A DNA stretch of 64,000 bases. It comes from an uncultured Desulfosarcina sp. (lineage in GTDB: Bacteria > Desulfobacterota > Desulfobacteria > Desulfobacterales > Desulfosarcinaceae). Shown one piece after another: positions 31,322 to 42,133 of this stretch; within the stretch, counting starts at the first letter, position 1, and each line of letters begins with the position of its first letter. The stretch covers positions 192,001 through 256,000 of the forward strand of contig CAXXWQ010000002.1 of assembly GCA_963674945.2 (NCBI GenBank). The letters run 5' to 3'. A program made the position numbers and the translations under genes. A model generated the notes under the pieces. That model made no database searches, was not told where the DNA came from, and worked only from the letters and a program-made list of their open reading frames with translations.

Positions 31322-31429
31322 AGGGTCGCAGCGTTACAAAATCACTTTACATTCACGGTAAATTCATGTAACAAACATCGGCTTGGAAGACTGAAACGGG
31401 GGCTTTTCCCCATGATTCGATTAAAGCGA

Positions 31430-31613
31430 TAGTGTCTATCCAGAAATAGGCAAATTTGGTCGAGATCAAGCGCATGAAAAAATTTTGCCGCAGGTGCCCG
31501 AAGGAAATTCCCTTGGGGTGCATATGGTTGATATTCCGAGGATAAAATTTTTCGTGCAACAAGGATGTCGGCCAACTTTAACATTGGCTTTGGCCATTTA
31601 TGGATGGGCAATA
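31430..31613. repeat. MITE/REP-like element, family B, inverted copy with two insertions
   Basis: Reverse complement of 19306-19450 with an added CCCGAAGGAAATTCCCTTGGGG hairpin flanked by duplicated GGTGC. Confidence 0.85.
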
Positions 31614-31638
31614 GATAGGTACGGGAGATATTTACGTC

Positions 31639-31830
31639 ATGTCGAAAATGTGTGAACTCTGCGGCAAGAAACCCATGGTAGGAAGCAACATCAGCCATGC
31701 CCACAATATCAACAAGCGTCGGTTCAATCCCAATCTTCAAAGTGTCCGGGCTCTTTATAAGGGACAGGTGAAGAAGATGGTGGTGTGTACCCAATGCATC
31801 AAGTCCGGCAACGTGGTCAAGGCACCCTGA
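31639..31830 (+). CDS. rpmB: 50S ribosomal protein L28 (Zn-ribbon type)
   Basis: [24 protein letters not shown] and CTQC. Confidence 0.97.
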   Translation: MSKMCELCGKKPMVGSNISHAHNINKRRFNPNLQSVRALYKGQVKKMVVCTQCIKSGNVVKAP

Positions 31831-31836
31831 TACGTC

Positions 31837-33981
31837 CTATCCCAAGCGTTTGACCTCCAGCACCTGTTTCACCTGTTTCAATGATTCCACCACACGGGTC
31901 AGGTGCTCCGTACTTTCTACCGACAGCATGAAATAACTGTCCACGGTCTGGTTCTCTTTGGTCTCCGTGTTGGCACTGAGAATATTGGCTCCATTCTTTG
32001 TAATATTTCCCGCCACGTCCGCTAACAGTCCAACCCGGTCATAGGCTCTTACCAGAATCTTGACCGGGTAGGTTTCTTTTATTTCCTGGTTCCACTCCAC
32101 TTCGATCTGGCGTTCCGGATTCAATTTCATTGCATTGACACAAGAGGTTCGGTGGATGGTTACCCCATGCCCCCGGGTAATGTAGCCCGTGATGGCGTCG
32201 CCGGGCACCGGCTGGCAACACTTGCCGAATCGAACCAGGATATCGTCGATCCCCTTTACGATAACGCCGCCTTTCTCCTTTTTCTTTTTTTCCTTGGCGA
32301 TGATTTTATTGAACAGGGACTTGTCGTCTTCTTCCTCTTCCTTGGGAGTGATTTTTCGGATGATCTGCAGTGGCGTGATCTTTCCGTAGCCGACGCTTGC
32401 GATGAGATCCTCGGTCTGCTTGAATCCGAAACTCTCCACCACTTTTTCCATCTCGTCGGATTTGATCAGCGTGTTGAAATTCAGCCGGAACTTGCGAAAC
32501 GCCTTTTCGCACATCTCCCGTCCCAAGGAGATGCTTCTTTCCTTCTCCTGGGTCTTGATCCACTGTCTGATGCGGGATCGGGCTTTGACCGTCTTGACGA
32601 AATTGAGCCAGTCCTTGGATGGCTGGTGGCCCTTGCTGGTGATGACTTCGACGATTTCACCCGTCTGAAGCTTGTATTTTAGAGGTACCATCTGGCCATT
32701 CACCTTGGCCCCCACACACTGATTGCCCACCTCTGTATGGATCAGGTAGGCGAAGTCAACCGGTGTCGCACCCTTGGGCAAGGACTTGATTTGCCCCTGG
32801 GGGGTGAAGACGTAAATTTCGTCAGGAAACAGATCGATGCGAACATTTTCCAAAAACTCGTTTGGATCACGAAAGGCGGCTTGATTTTCAACCAGATTTT
32901 GCACCCACGCAAAGGTCTTGGATGCCTTCTCGTCGATGACACGACCCTCCTTGTAACTCCAGTGGGCGGCGATACCAGAGTTTGCCACCCGGTCCATCTC
33001 ATGGGTACGAATCTGGATTTCGATGCGTTCACCGAATGGGCCGATGACCGTGGTGTGAAGGCTCTGGTACATGTTCGGCTTGGGCATGCCGATATAGTCC
33101 TTGAATTTTTTGGCGATGGGTCGCCAAAGGCTGTGCATGAGTCCCAGCGCCTCGTAGCATTGGGGAATGGTGTCCAGGATGATCCGGAATGCGATAATGT
33201 CGTATATCTCTTCGAAGGGCAGGTTCTGGGTGATCATCTTCTGGTGGATGCTGTAAAAGTGTTTGTAGCGTCCCGTAACTTCCGCTTGCAGGTTGTTTTC
33301 GTCCAGTTTTTTCTGTATGTAGCGCTTGACCGTCTCGACGTAGTTTTCCCGGTCTTCCTTGTCCTTGTCCACCCGTTTGCTTATCTCGTTGTAGGTTTCC
33401 GCATCCAGGAATTTAAAAGAGCTGTTTTCCAGTTCGTTCTTGATCCAGTAGATCCCAAGCCGGGCGGCGATGGGGGCGTAGATATCCAGGGTTTCCTGCG
33501 CGATTTTCCGTTTCTTGGCCTCGCTTTTATGGAACTGAAGGGTTCTCATGTTGTGGAGACGATCGGCCAGCTTGATGAGGATCACCCGGATGTCGTCGGC
33601 CATTGCCAGGAGCATTTTCCGGATGCTCTCGGCTTCCCGTGCCTGTGCGCTGTCGAAGGGAAGCATGCTCAACTTGGTGACGCCATTGACGATATGGAGC
33701 ACATCCGGGCCGAACATGTCTTTTATTTCGTCTTCGGTGGCATGCGTGTCTTCGATGACGTCATGGAGCAGGCCGGCGGCGATGCTGACCGAATCCAGCT
33801 TCATGTCCGCCAGAATACCGGCCACCTCCAGCGGATGGGAAAGATACGGCTCGCCCGACAGTCGCACCTGTCCGTCGTGAACCCGGGCGGAGAAGATATA
33901 GGCACGATCGACGATATCCACATCCGCATCGGGATGGTTCTCTGTGACCTTGTCGAGAATGTCGGTGATTCGAATCATCAA
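31837..33981 (-). CDS. rel: Bifunctional (p)ppGpp synthetase/hydrolase Rel/SpoT
   Basis: Intact HD (LLHDVIEDT), KLADRLHNMRT, YQSLHT, TGS and ACT domains. Confidence 0.96.
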   Translation of the reverse strand: MMIRITDILDKVTENHPDADVDIVDRAYIFSARVHDGQVRLSGEPYLSHPLEVAGILADMKLDSVSIAAGLLHDVIEDTHATEDEIKDMFGPDVLHIVNGVTKLSMLPFDSAQAREAESIRKMLLAMADDIRVILIKLADRLHNMRTLQFHKSEAKKRKIAQETLDIYAPIAARLGIYWIKNELENSSFKFLDAETYNEISKRVDKDKEDRENYVETVKRYIQKKLDENNLQAEVTGRYKHFYSIHQKMITQNLPFEEIYDIIAFRIILDTIPQCYEALGLMHSLWRPIAKKFKDYIGMPKPNMYQSLHTTVIGPFGERIEIQIRTHEMDRVANSGIAAHWSYKEGRVIDEKASKTFAWVQNLVENQAAFRDPNEFLENVRIDLFPDEIYVFTPQGQIKSLPKGATPVDFAYLIHTEVGNQCVGAKVNGQMVPLKYKLQTGEIVEVITSKGHQPSKDWLNFVKTVKARSRIRQWIKTQEKERSISLGREMCEKAFRKFRLNFNTLIKSDEMEKVVESFGFKQTEDLIASVGYGKITPLQIIRKITPKEEEEDDKSLFNKIIAKEKKKKEKGGVIVKGIDDILVRFGKCCQPVPGDAITGYITRGHGVTIHRTSCVNAMKLNPERQIEVEWNQEIKETYPVKILVRAYDRVGLLADVAGNITKNGANILSANTETKENQTVDSYFMLSVESTEHLTRVVESLKQVKQVLEVKRLG

Positions 33982-35498
33982 TAGGCCTTGGCGAAGACCC
34001 CCCGCGTGTCGCTGGGTCGACCACAGCAGATACAGGTCCCCGGCTCATTTCCCGTATCAAGGGGAATGCATCGAATGGTGACGTTCAGATCCGTTTTGAT
34101 TTTGTTCTCGCATTCCGGGTCCCCACACCAATGGGACATGGCAAACCCACCGTGGATTTCCGGCTTTTCACTGTTCTCCGGCGTAAACCATTCGTAGAAT
34201 TCGTCCCGATCCGAAACATTTTTGGTGTTTTCTTCCGTAAAGCGGCATGCGCGTTCAAACAGGCTGTCTTGAATCTCGTCCAGCATGGCAGGCAACCGTG
34301 CGATAAAGGCTTCTCGCTTGATGGACTGCTTTTCCCGGTGGGAACGGTCACGTCGGGCGACGAACACGTTGTCCTCTGCCATGTCCCGTGGTCCGATCTC
34401 CACGCGCAGGGGAATGCCCTTCTTGATCCATTCCCATCCCCTTGCACCACCGATATCCCGATCGTCGATTTCCACTACCAGGTCCCGGTCGGCATAGGTC
34501 GTATCCCGCAATGCCTTTGCCAGGCCGTCGACATATTCCATCACTTTCTGGCGCTCCTCGGCCTTTCGGAAGATGGGCAATAGCACTACATGCGCCGGTG
34601 CGACCCGCGGCGGCATGATCACGCCGTCGTCATCGCCATGGGTCATGATCAGTCCGCCGATGAGACGGGTGGAGGTTCCCCAGGAGGTGGTCCAGGCAAA
34701 GGACTCGGTTTCGTTTTCGGTCTGGAAGCGAATGTCCGAGGCCCGGGAGAAATTCTGGCCCAGAAAATGAGATGTTCCTGCCTGAAGTGCCTTGCGATCC
34801 TGCATCATGGCTTCGATGCAAAGGGTGTCTACGGCGCCGGGAAATCGTTCCGCCGGTGTCTTTCGCCCCTGGATGACCGGTATGGCAAGATCCTGTTGGA
34901 CCATATTCGTATACACATCGAGCATCATCTTCGTGCGTTCGATGGCTTCGGTATCCGTGGCATGGGCGGTGTGACCCTCTTGCCATAAAAATTCGCTGGT
35001 GCGCAGGAACAGACGGGTTCGCATTTCCCAGCGCACCACGTTCGCCCACTGGTTGATCAAGAGCGGAAGGTCCCGGTAACTCGTTATCCATTTGGCGAAG
35101 GCGTCGCCGATGATGGTCTCCGATGTGGGTCGTACCACCAGGGGTTCGGTCAGTTGGCCGCCGGGAATCAGGCCCTCCTCCGGCCCTTTTTCCAGTCGGT
35201 GATGGGTGACCACCGCGCACTCCTTGGCAAATCCCTCCACATGTTCGGCTTCCTTTTCAAGAAAGTGAAGGGGAATGAAAAGGGGAAAGTATGCGTTCTT
35301 GACGCCGGTGGCCTTGAACCGCCGATCCATGCGCGCCACGATATTTTCCCACAGGGCGTATCCCCAGGGTTTGATGACCATGCAGCCGCGCACCGGCGAG
35401 CGCTCGGCCATGTCCGAGGCCTTGATGACCTGCTGGTACCATTCCGGATAGTCTTCGCTTCTTGTGGGTGAGATGGCATTCTGCTGTTTTTTACCCAT
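33978..35498 (-). CDS. proS: Proline--tRNA ligase, archaeal/eukaryote-like type
   Basis: RPTSET, QWANVVRWE, FLWQEGHT, C-terminal Zn motif and FAKAY. Confidence 0.96.
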   Translation of the reverse strand: MGKKQQNAISPTRSEDYPEWYQQVIKASDMAERSPVRGCMVIKPWGYALWENIVARMDRRFKATGVKNAYFPLFIPLHFLEKEAEHVEGFAKECAVVTHHRLEKGPEEGLIPGGQLTEPLVVRPTSETIIGDAFAKWITSYRDLPLLINQWANVVRWEMRTRLFLRTSEFLWQEGHTAHATDTEAIERTKMMLDVYTNMVQQDLAIPVIQGRKTPAERFPGAVDTLCIEAMMQDRKALQAGTSHFLGQNFSRASDIRFQTENETESFAWTTSWGTSTRLIGGLIMTHGDDDGVIMPPRVAPAHVVLLPIFRKAEERQKVMEYVDGLAKALRDTTYADRDLVVEIDDRDIGGARGWEWIKKGIPLRVEIGPRDMAEDNVFVARRDRSHREKQSIKREAFIARLPAMLDEIQDSLFERACRFTEENTKNVSDRDEFYEWFTPENSEKPEIHGGFAMSHWCGDPECENKIKTDLNVTIRCIPLDTGNEPGTCICCGRPSDTRGVFAKAY

Positions 35499-35508
35499 AG
35501 GTTGTATC

Positions 35509-36585
35509 CTATCTGTCTCCATTTTCAAACTCATCTACGGCTTCGATCACTACGTCCACGAGTCTCTCCTGGGGAAATTTTTTTATTACCTTGCCTTTTT
35601 TGAACAAAATTCCCACGCCGTTTCCGCCGGCGACACCGATATCCGCCTCTTTGGCCTCTCCGGGGCCATTGACCACGCATCCCATGATGGCCAGTTTGAC
35701 GGGGACGGTTCGGGTCAAAAGGGCCTTTTCCACCTGGTCCACGATATCGAACAGGGGGATGTCGCAGCGACCGCAGGTGGGACAGGAGATGATCTCAGGG
35801 CCCCTGTGGCGGATTCCAAGAGCCCTTAAGATTTCAAATCCCACACGAATCTCCTCCACCGGATCACGGGTGAGGGAGACCCGAAGCGTGTCACCGATCC
35901 CCTCCGACAAAAGGGTCCCGATCCCGAGGGCGGATTTGACGATGCCGGCATACAGCCCCCCGGCTTCGGTCACGCCGACGTGCAGGGGCAGGTCGGTCTG
36001 TGCAGAGAGCAGCCGATATGCCGCAAGGGTGCGCGGGACATCAGACGCCTTGATGGAGATCTTGATGTCATGAAAGTCCAGGTCCTGCAGCAATGCGGCA
36101 TGACGAAGGGCGCTCTCCACCATGCCGTCCGCGGTGACGCCCCCGTGTTTTTCGATGATATCCTTTTCCAGGGATCCCGCGTTTACACCGATTCGGATGG
36201 GAACCCGAAAGTCCTTGGCACAGGAGACCAGTGCCTGGATGTTTTTTTTGCTGCCGATGTTGCCCGGATTGAATCGAAGTCCGTCCGCCCCGGCCTTTGC
36301 CGATTGGATGGCCAGGCGGTAATCGAAATGGATGTCCGCAACCAAAGGAACGGTGATCTGTTTCTTGATTTGTCCGATGGCCGTCGCCGCTGCCGGAGCC
36401 GGAACGGCAACGCGGACAATTTCGCAGCCGGCCTGGGTCAAATGGTGGATCTGCCGTATCGTGGCGTCCACATCATCGGTTTTCGTGTTGGTCATGGACT
36501 GGACGCTTATGGGTGCGTCTCCCCCCACGGCAACGCCTCCCACCACGATCTGGCGGGTCTTTTTTCGTTTGATGGACAATGACAT
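35509..36585 (-). CDS. ispG: (E)-4-hydroxy-3-methylbut-2-enyl diphosphate synthase
   Basis: QSMTNT, ADIHF, SCPTCGR and MGCVVNGPGEA. Confidence 0.97.
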   Translation of the reverse strand: MSLSIKRKKTRQIVVGGVAVGGDAPISVQSMTNTKTDDVDATIRQIHHLTQAGCEIVRVAVPAPAAATAIGQIKKQITVPLVADIHFDYRLAIQSAKAGADGLRFNPGNIGSKKNIQALVSCAKDFRVPIRIGVNAGSLEKDIIEKHGGVTADGMVESALRHAALLQDLDFHDIKISIKASDVPRTLAAYRLLSAQTDLPLHVGVTEAGGLYAGIVKSALGIGTLLSEGIGDTLRVSLTRDPVEEIRVGFEILRALGIRHRGPEIISCPTCGRCDIPLFDIVDQVEKALLTRTVPVKLAIMGCVVNGPGEAKEADIGVAGGNGVGILFKKGKVIKKFPQERLVDVVIEAVDEFENGDR

Positions 36586-36798
36586 TATAGTAAACCGAGA
36601 TAAGCGGTTCGCCTTGAGCAATTAGCCGTTAGCTCTTTTCTGTTGCGCATTTGCCAGAAATTCAACGTTTACCTTTCGGGTTAAACGCAAAATTTCAGCA
36701 ATTCTTTGAAATTATGCTGCTAATCGCTCAATTTAGTAAAAACAATAGTTACGAGAAACTGAAAATGTCAAAATATAAAATTTATCCGCAAAGTCGGG

Positions 36799-37449
36799 TT
36801 ATCCCAAGCCACAGAAAGGATTGGTGCGCTTTTCCACGCCGATGGTCGTCGTATTCATGTGGCCCGGATAGACTTTGACGTCATCGTCCAGGGCGAAGAG
36901 TTTGGTTCGGATGCTGTTGATCAAGGTGTCATGGTTTCCACCGGGAAAATCGGTTCTTCCGATGGAGCCGGCAAAGAGGGTGTCGCCGACGAAAACCGCC
37001 TTTTGCACATCTTTTTCCTGTTCATATTCGCAGTAGAGGCAGATGCCGCCGGGGCTGTGGCCGGGGGTATGGAATACGGTCATGGCATGGGTGCCGAATT
37101 CGATGGTGTCGCCGTCCTCGAGCAATCTGTCCGCCGAAGGGGAATTCTCCGCCGACAACCCCCAGGAACTGGCCATGTCCGACAATTGCGAGAGCATCGG
37201 CGCGTCTGCGCCATGGATCATGAGATCCGCTCCGGTTACCTCTTTCAGACGCTTGTTGGCACCCACATGGTCGAAATGTCCGTGGGTGTTGATGATGTGA
37301 ACGACGGTCAGCCGGTCCCCGGCCAGTGTGGTGAGGATCCTGTCGGCGTCATCGCCGGGATCGATAACGACCGCCTTTTGCGTCTTCTCGCATCCCACGA
37401 TGAAACAGTTTGCCTGAATGGGCCCCAGGGCCATTTTTCGAATAATCAC
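36799..37449 (-). CDS. MBL-fold metallo-hydrolase (YcbL/glyoxalase II-like)
   Basis: THGHFDH, TPGHSPG and GDTLFAGSIGRTD. Confidence 0.92.
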   Translation of the reverse strand: MIIRKMALGPIQANCFIVGCEKTQKAVVIDPGDDADRILTTLAGDRLTVVHIINTHGHFDHVGANKRLKEVTGADLMIHGADAPMLSQLSDMASSWGLSAENSPSADRLLEDGDTIEFGTHAMTVFHTPGHSPGGICLYCEYEQEKDVQKAVFVGDTLFAGSIGRTDFPGGNHDTLINSIRTKLFALDDDVKVYPGHMNTTTIGVEKRTNPFCGLG

Positions 37450-37584
37450 GTTGCGCCTCCTAATATAAGCAGAAGATGAGGCCGACTACGCAAACGACGA
37501 ACCCTACATCTTCGATGGGCAATGTATGTGAAACGACGCTACCGTTTCGATGGTATCAACGGAATGATTTCATACCGTTGCCTC

Positions 37585-38025
37585 TCAGTCGGTGTTCTTG
37601 GGTACGGCTTCCACCGTTTGGGCCTTCACGGCGAGCCGAATGCCGTCCAGGATACCGTTGATGAATGCCCCGGACTCTTCGGTGCCGAATCGTTTCCCGA
37701 TGTCGATAGCTTCGTTGATGGAGACCTTGGCTGGAATATCCTCGCAGTAGAGCAGCTCGAAAACGGCAATGCGCAAAACGTTTCGATCCACACAGGACAT
37801 TCGAGACATCCGCCAGTTATCGGAGAATTGCTCGATTACACGATCGATCCGTTTCCGATTTTCTTGTACGCCGTCGATAATCCGATGAAAAAAGGGATGT
37901 GCGTTCCCGTCCTTGACGAAGCTTTTACAGTAATCGCCAACGGGGTCCGTTCCCGGATCACTATGCATGTCCGTATAAAAAAGTGCCTGAAGTGCCTGCT
38001 CCCTGGCGGTTCGACGGGTACCCAT
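37585..38025 (-). CDS. nusB: Transcription antitermination factor NusB
   Basis: RRTAREQALQ, DRNVLR, INEAI and FINGILD. Confidence 0.95.
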   Translation of the reverse strand: MGTRRTAREQALQALFYTDMHSDPGTDPVGDYCKSFVKDGNAHPFFHRIIDGVQENRKRIDRVIEQFSDNWRMSRMSCVDRNVLRIAVFELLYCEDIPAKVSINEAIDIGKRFGTEESGAFINGILDGIRLAVKAQTVEAVPKNTD

Positions 38026-38027
38026 GA

Positions 38028-38501
38028 CTATTTTTTGCTCACGGTCTCCATGAGATTGGCCATTTCGATAGCGGCGATGGCGGCGTCCCACCCCTTGTTT
38101 CCCGCCTTGGAGCCGGCACGCTCGATGGCCTGTTCGATGGTATCCGTGGTGAGGATGCCGAAGATGACAGGGACCTGGGTCTCCATGGCTGCCTGGGCAA
38201 TCCCCTTGGACGCTTCGGCACATACATAGTCGTAGTGGGATGTTGCTCCGCGAATGACTGCACCCAGACAAATGATGGCGTCGTATTTTCCACTCTTGGC
38301 CATGCCCTGGGCCAGCATGGGAATTTCGAAGGCGCCCGGAACCTTGACGAGGTCGATTTCCTGATCTTTTGCACCGCTCCGCGTCAGCGCGTCGATGGCA
38401 CCGCCGACGAGCCGGTCGGTAATGAAGTCGTTGAATCGGCTGGCGACGATACCGAATCGTTTCCCTTTGGCGGCCAGTCCGGCTTCGATGATATTCGGCA
38501 T
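38028..38501 (-). CDS. ribH: 6,7-dimethyl-8-ribityllumazine synthase
   Basis: [16 protein letters not shown] and IRGATSH. Confidence 0.97.
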   Translation of the reverse strand: MPNIIEAGLAAKGKRFGIVASRFNDFITDRLVGGAIDALTRSGAKDQEIDLVKVPGAFEIPMLAQGMAKSGKYDAIICLGAVIRGATSHYDYVCAEASKGIAQAAMETQVPVIFGILTTDTIEQAIERAGSKAGNKGWDAAIAAIEMANLMETVSKK

Positions 38502-38522
38502 TGAATAAATTTCCTTTATTTA

Positions 38523-39746
38523 TTAATGGGTTGCGGTCTCTTCAAAACTCAGGGTATGTCCCATTTTCAACTTCTTGCATTCTAGATAGCAGCGATTGTA
38601 TTCGTTGGGTGTCACCTCGATGGGGATCTGTTCCACCACGCTGAGCCCATAGCCTTGCAGCCCCACCATCTTCTTGGGATTGTTGGTTAACAGCCGCATC
38701 TTGCGAACCCCGATATTCACCAGCATCTGAGCACCGATGCCGTAGTCGCGCAAGTCATCCTTGAATCCCAGCTTCAGGTTGGCCTCCACCGTGTCCATTC
38801 CTTTGCATCGCTGCAACTCATATGCCTTGAGCTTGTTGATCAGTCCAATGCCCCGTCCTTCCTGGCGCAGGTACAGGATGACGCCTTTTCCCTCCTCGGC
38901 GATCATCTCCATGGCGGTGTGCAACTGGTCGCCACAATCGCAACGCATGGACCCGAAAATATCGCCTGTCATGCATTCGGAGTGCACGCGTACCATGACG
39001 GGCTCTTCCGGATCGATTTCTCCCTTGACCAAAGCGATGTGGGTCAGGTTGTCCACGTCATTTTCGAAGGCGACCATCTTGAAATCTCCGCCATACGCAG
39101 TCGGAATAACGGTCTCGGCGGCACGGTGAACGAAACTTTCCGTTCGAATCCGATACTCTACGAGATCGGCGATGGTGCAGATACCGATGCCGTGCTGCTG
39201 GCTGAACTCCTCCAAGGCGGGCATGCGGGCCATGTTGCCGTCATCGTCCATGATTTCGCAGATTACCCCAGACGGTTTGAGGCCGGCAAGACGGGCTAGA
39301 TCCACGCTTCCCTCGGTCTGGCCCACCCGCACCATGACGCCGCCGTTACGGGCGCGTAAGGGGAAAATATGACCGGGTCGGGTCAAGTCTTCCGGTTTGG
39401 CCCCGTCGGCGACTGCCGCGAGGACGGTGGTGGCCCGGTCGGCGGCCGAAATACCGGTGGTCACGCCGCATTTGGCTTCTATGGAGACGGTGAATCCGGT
39501 CTCGAAGGGACTGGTATTGTTTCGTACCATCAATGGAAGGTCCAATTGATCGCATTTTTCCGCGGTCAGTGAGAGGCAGATGAGGCCACGACCGTATTTG
39601 GCCATGAAATTGATGGCCTCGGGCGTCACCTTTTCCGCGGCCATGGTCAGGTCGCCTTCGTTTTCGCGATCTTCGTCGTCGACGAGAATTACCATTTTAC
39701 CATCGCGAATGTCTTCGATGGCTTGTTCGATGGATATTTGGGGCAT
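38523..39746 (-). CDS. ribBA: DHBP synthase / GTP cyclohydrolase II
   Basis: [27 protein letters not shown] and QEGRGIG. Confidence 0.97.
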   Translation of the reverse strand: MPQISIEQAIEDIRDGKMVILVDDEDRENEGDLTMAAEKVTPEAINFMAKYGRGLICLSLTAEKCDQLDLPLMVRNNTSPFETGFTVSIEAKCGVTTGISAADRATTVLAAVADGAKPEDLTRPGHIFPLRARNGGVMVRVGQTEGSVDLARLAGLKPSGVICEIMDDDGNMARMPALEEFSQQHGIGICTIADLVEYRIRTESFVHRAAETVIPTAYGGDFKMVAFENDVDNLTHIALVKGEIDPEEPVMVRVHSECMTGDIFGSMRCDCGDQLHTAMEMIAEEGKGVILYLRQEGRGIGLINKLKAYELQRCKGMDTVEANLKLGFKDDLRDYGIGAQMLVNIGVRKMRLLTNNPKKMVGLQGYGLSVVEQIPIEVTPNEYNRCYLECKKLKMGHTLSFEETATH

Positions 39747-39781
39747 GGTGGGTATCTAACTCCTTTAAAAAAAGCTCTTTA

Positions 39782-40441
39782 TCAGATAAATCCGTTTTTT
39801 GCCAGAAAAGCCCTGTCGATTCCGCTTTCCGGCTGCTTGGCCGAATCCGACCGGTCGCCGAGGACGAATCGTTCCACGTATTTCCCGATCATGTCGGTTT
39901 CGATGTTCACCCGGTCCCCCACCTTTTTCATTCCGATGGTGGTGATTTGGGACGTGTGGGGAATGATGCTTACATCGAAGGATCCACGGTCCCGCCGGTT
40001 GATGGTCAAACTGGTGCCGTCCACGGCCACGGAACCTTTTTCGATCATGTACCGGGAGAGTTCCTGGTCAACGGCATAGGTGATGACGATGGCGTTTCCT
40101 GCGGTTTTTCTCTCCCGAAGGGTGCCGACGCCGTCCACGTGGCCGGAGACGAGGTGGCCGTCCAGGCGGTCCGAGAGGCGGAGGGCTCGTTCCAGGTTAA
40201 CCCGTTCACCGGTCCTGACGCCTCCCAATATCGTCCGCGTAAGGGTTTCTGGCGATACGTCAACGTCGAATCGACGGCCCTCCAAAGAAACGGCAGTGAG
40301 ACATGCACCGTTTACGGCGATGCTGTCACCGATGCGGGTTCCCGAAAGGTCAAATTCCGCGGTGATGGTAAAACGGCTTCCCTGGCCTGACCGGTGGATG
40401 GCTGTAATGGCTCCCAACCCTTCGATGATTCCTGTAAACAT
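39782..40441 (-). CDS. ribE: Riboflavin synthase
   Basis: MFTGII, GDSIAVNGACLT and GHLVSGHVD. Confidence 0.96.
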   Translation of the reverse strand: MFTGIIEGLGAITAIHRSGQGSRFTITAEFDLSGTRIGDSIAVNGACLTAVSLEGRRFDVDVSPETLTRTILGGVRTGERVNLERALRLSDRLDGHLVSGHVDGVGTLRERKTAGNAIVITYAVDQELSRYMIEKGSVAVDGTSLTINRRDRGSFDVSIIPHTSQITTIGMKKVGDRVNIETDMIGKYVERFVLGDRSDSAKQPESGIDRAFLAKNGFI

Positions 40442-40496
40442 GATCCAAAATAATGTGTAAACGTTTATTGTCAATCAACGGGCCATGCCAAAAGAA

Positions 40497-41603
40497 TCAT
40501 GGCCCACGTGGTGTCAGGTACCCCTGGACCATGATGTCGTCGTCAAACCGTTCCACCGAGATATGGTGGATGGGAAGGCTTTCCTTCATGGTTTCCGGTC
40601 CCGTTCCCCGGCAGATGGGGACCCCGTCGTCGCCGCCCAATAGTTTCGGGGCGTAGAAGAAACAGACCTTATCCACCACTTTTGCAGCAAATGCCGCGCC
40701 GAGAACGGTAGCGCCCCCTTCCATGAGGAGGCTGGTGATACTCATGGCGCCCAGTTTTCTCATCAGGGCGGCAAGATCGATACGGCCATCCATCAATGGT
40801 GCCGTGATGATCTTTGCACCCGTCTTTTCCAAGTCCTGCTGCCTGTCCGACGGGGCGTCTGGTCCGCATACCACCCAGGTTGGCGCCCCGGACGCCTGGT
40901 GCAGCATCTTGGCCGTGGGCGGCATGCGAAGACGGGTATCCAGGATGATGCGCGTGGGGTCCACTCCCTCCTTGTCATCGAGGCGCGTGGTGAGGCTGGG
41001 GTCGTCTTGGATGACCGTCGATACTCCCACCATGATGCCGTCGACAGCGTGACGGATACCATGGACGAAGCGCCGGGCCGCCTGTCCGGTCACCCACCGG
41101 GAATCCCCGGTCCGTGTTGCGATTCTTCCGTCCAGGGTAGCGGCGCATTTTGCGATGACGAAGGGTTTTTTCGTGGTGACCCAGGTGATGAATGCCTCGT
41201 TCAGGTGCCGGGCCTGCTCTTCCATGATACCGGTGATCACGCGGATGCCTTGGCTTTCCAGATGGGCGTTTCCCCCGCCGGTGACGTCGGGATTGGGGTC
41301 TTCCATGGCCACCACCACCTGCCGGATGCCGGCCGTGATGATCTTGTGGGTGCAGGGCGGTGTCCTGCCGAAGTGATTGCACGGCTCCAGCGTGACGTAA
41401 AGGGTCGCCCCTTTGGCCCGGTCACCGGCGTCGTCGATGGCGTTTGCCTCGGCATGGGGTCCTCCCACCCGCTCGTGGTAGCCCTGGCCTACTATCTTTC
41501 CATCCTTGACGACGACGGCACCCACCATTGGGTTGGGGGATGTCCATCCCCGTGCCTGTTCGGCGAGCGCCAGGGCCTTTTCCATGTGATCGTGATGGTT
41601 CAT
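40497..41603 (-). CDS. ribD: Riboflavin biosynthesis deaminase/reductase
   Basis: PNPMVG, HAE, EPCNH..TPPC and EGG. Confidence 0.96.
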   Translation of the reverse strand: MNHHDHMEKALALAEQARGWTSPNPMVGAVVVKDGKIVGQGYHERVGGPHAEANAIDDAGDRAKGATLYVTLEPCNHFGRTPPCTHKIITAGIRQVVVAMEDPNPDVTGGGNAHLESQGIRVITGIMEEQARHLNEAFITWVTTKKPFVIAKCAATLDGRIATRTGDSRWVTGQAARRFVHGIRHAVDGIMVGVSTVIQDDPSLTTRLDDKEGVDPTRIILDTRLRMPPTAKMLHQASGAPTWVVCGPDAPSDRQQDLEKTGAKIITAPLMDGRIDLAALMRKLGAMSITSLLMEGGATVLGAAFAAKVVDKVCFFYAPKLLGGDDGVPICRGTGPETMKESLPIHHISVERFDDDIMVQGYLTPRGP

Positions 41604-42064
41604 TTTCGGTTTTGATCACTCAGAAGTTGCTTGAGTTCCGATACGAAATCATTGACATCCTTAAATTCCCGGTAAACCGAGGCGAATCGGACGTAGGCGA
41701 TGTCGTTGAGTTCGTGAAGTTTTACCATGACGCGTTCCCCTATGTCGTGGGAGGGAATCTCCTTTTCGCCTGTTTCCCGAAGATCCCGTTCCAGATTATC
41801 GATGAAGCTTTCGATAACATTCATGCTGATGTCCAGTTTCTGGCAGGCCTTTCGAATTCCCGATCCCACCTTCTCACGGCTGAAGACCTCCCGTCGACCG
41901 TCCTTCTTGATGATCATGATGGGGATCTCTTCGATATGCTCATAGGTGGTGAACCGCCGAGAGCAGTCGATGCACTCTCGCCTTCGACGGATGACGCTTC
42001 CGTCCTTGCTGACTCGTGAATCGATGACCTTGTTGTCGAACTCACCGCAAAATGGACATTTCAT
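41600..42064 (-). CDS. nrdR: Transcriptional repressor NrdR
   Basis: MKCPFC, RRRREC and AYVRFASVY. Confidence 0.97.
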   Translation of the reverse strand: MKCPFCGEFDNKVIDSRVSKDGSVIRRRRECIDCSRRFTTYEHIEEIPIMIIKKDGRREVFSREKVGSGIRKACQKLDISMNVIESFIDNLERDLRETGEKEIPSHDIGERVMVKLHELNDIAYVRFASVYREFKDVNDFVSELKQLLSDQNRK

Positions 42065-42133
42065 GAATTCCCTCCCACATCGTTGGGTAAATGGGCCGCC
42101 TTCGGCAAATCGATAATGTTAAAAAGCCCCTTT

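Noticed and set aside
37460..37573. Possible micro-selenoprotein MKSFR-TGA-YHRNG...CLY between nusB and the MBL gene, with a hairpin after the UGA
   Set aside because: No redox motif around the UGA, the hairpin is closer than a usual SECIS, and there is no homology support.
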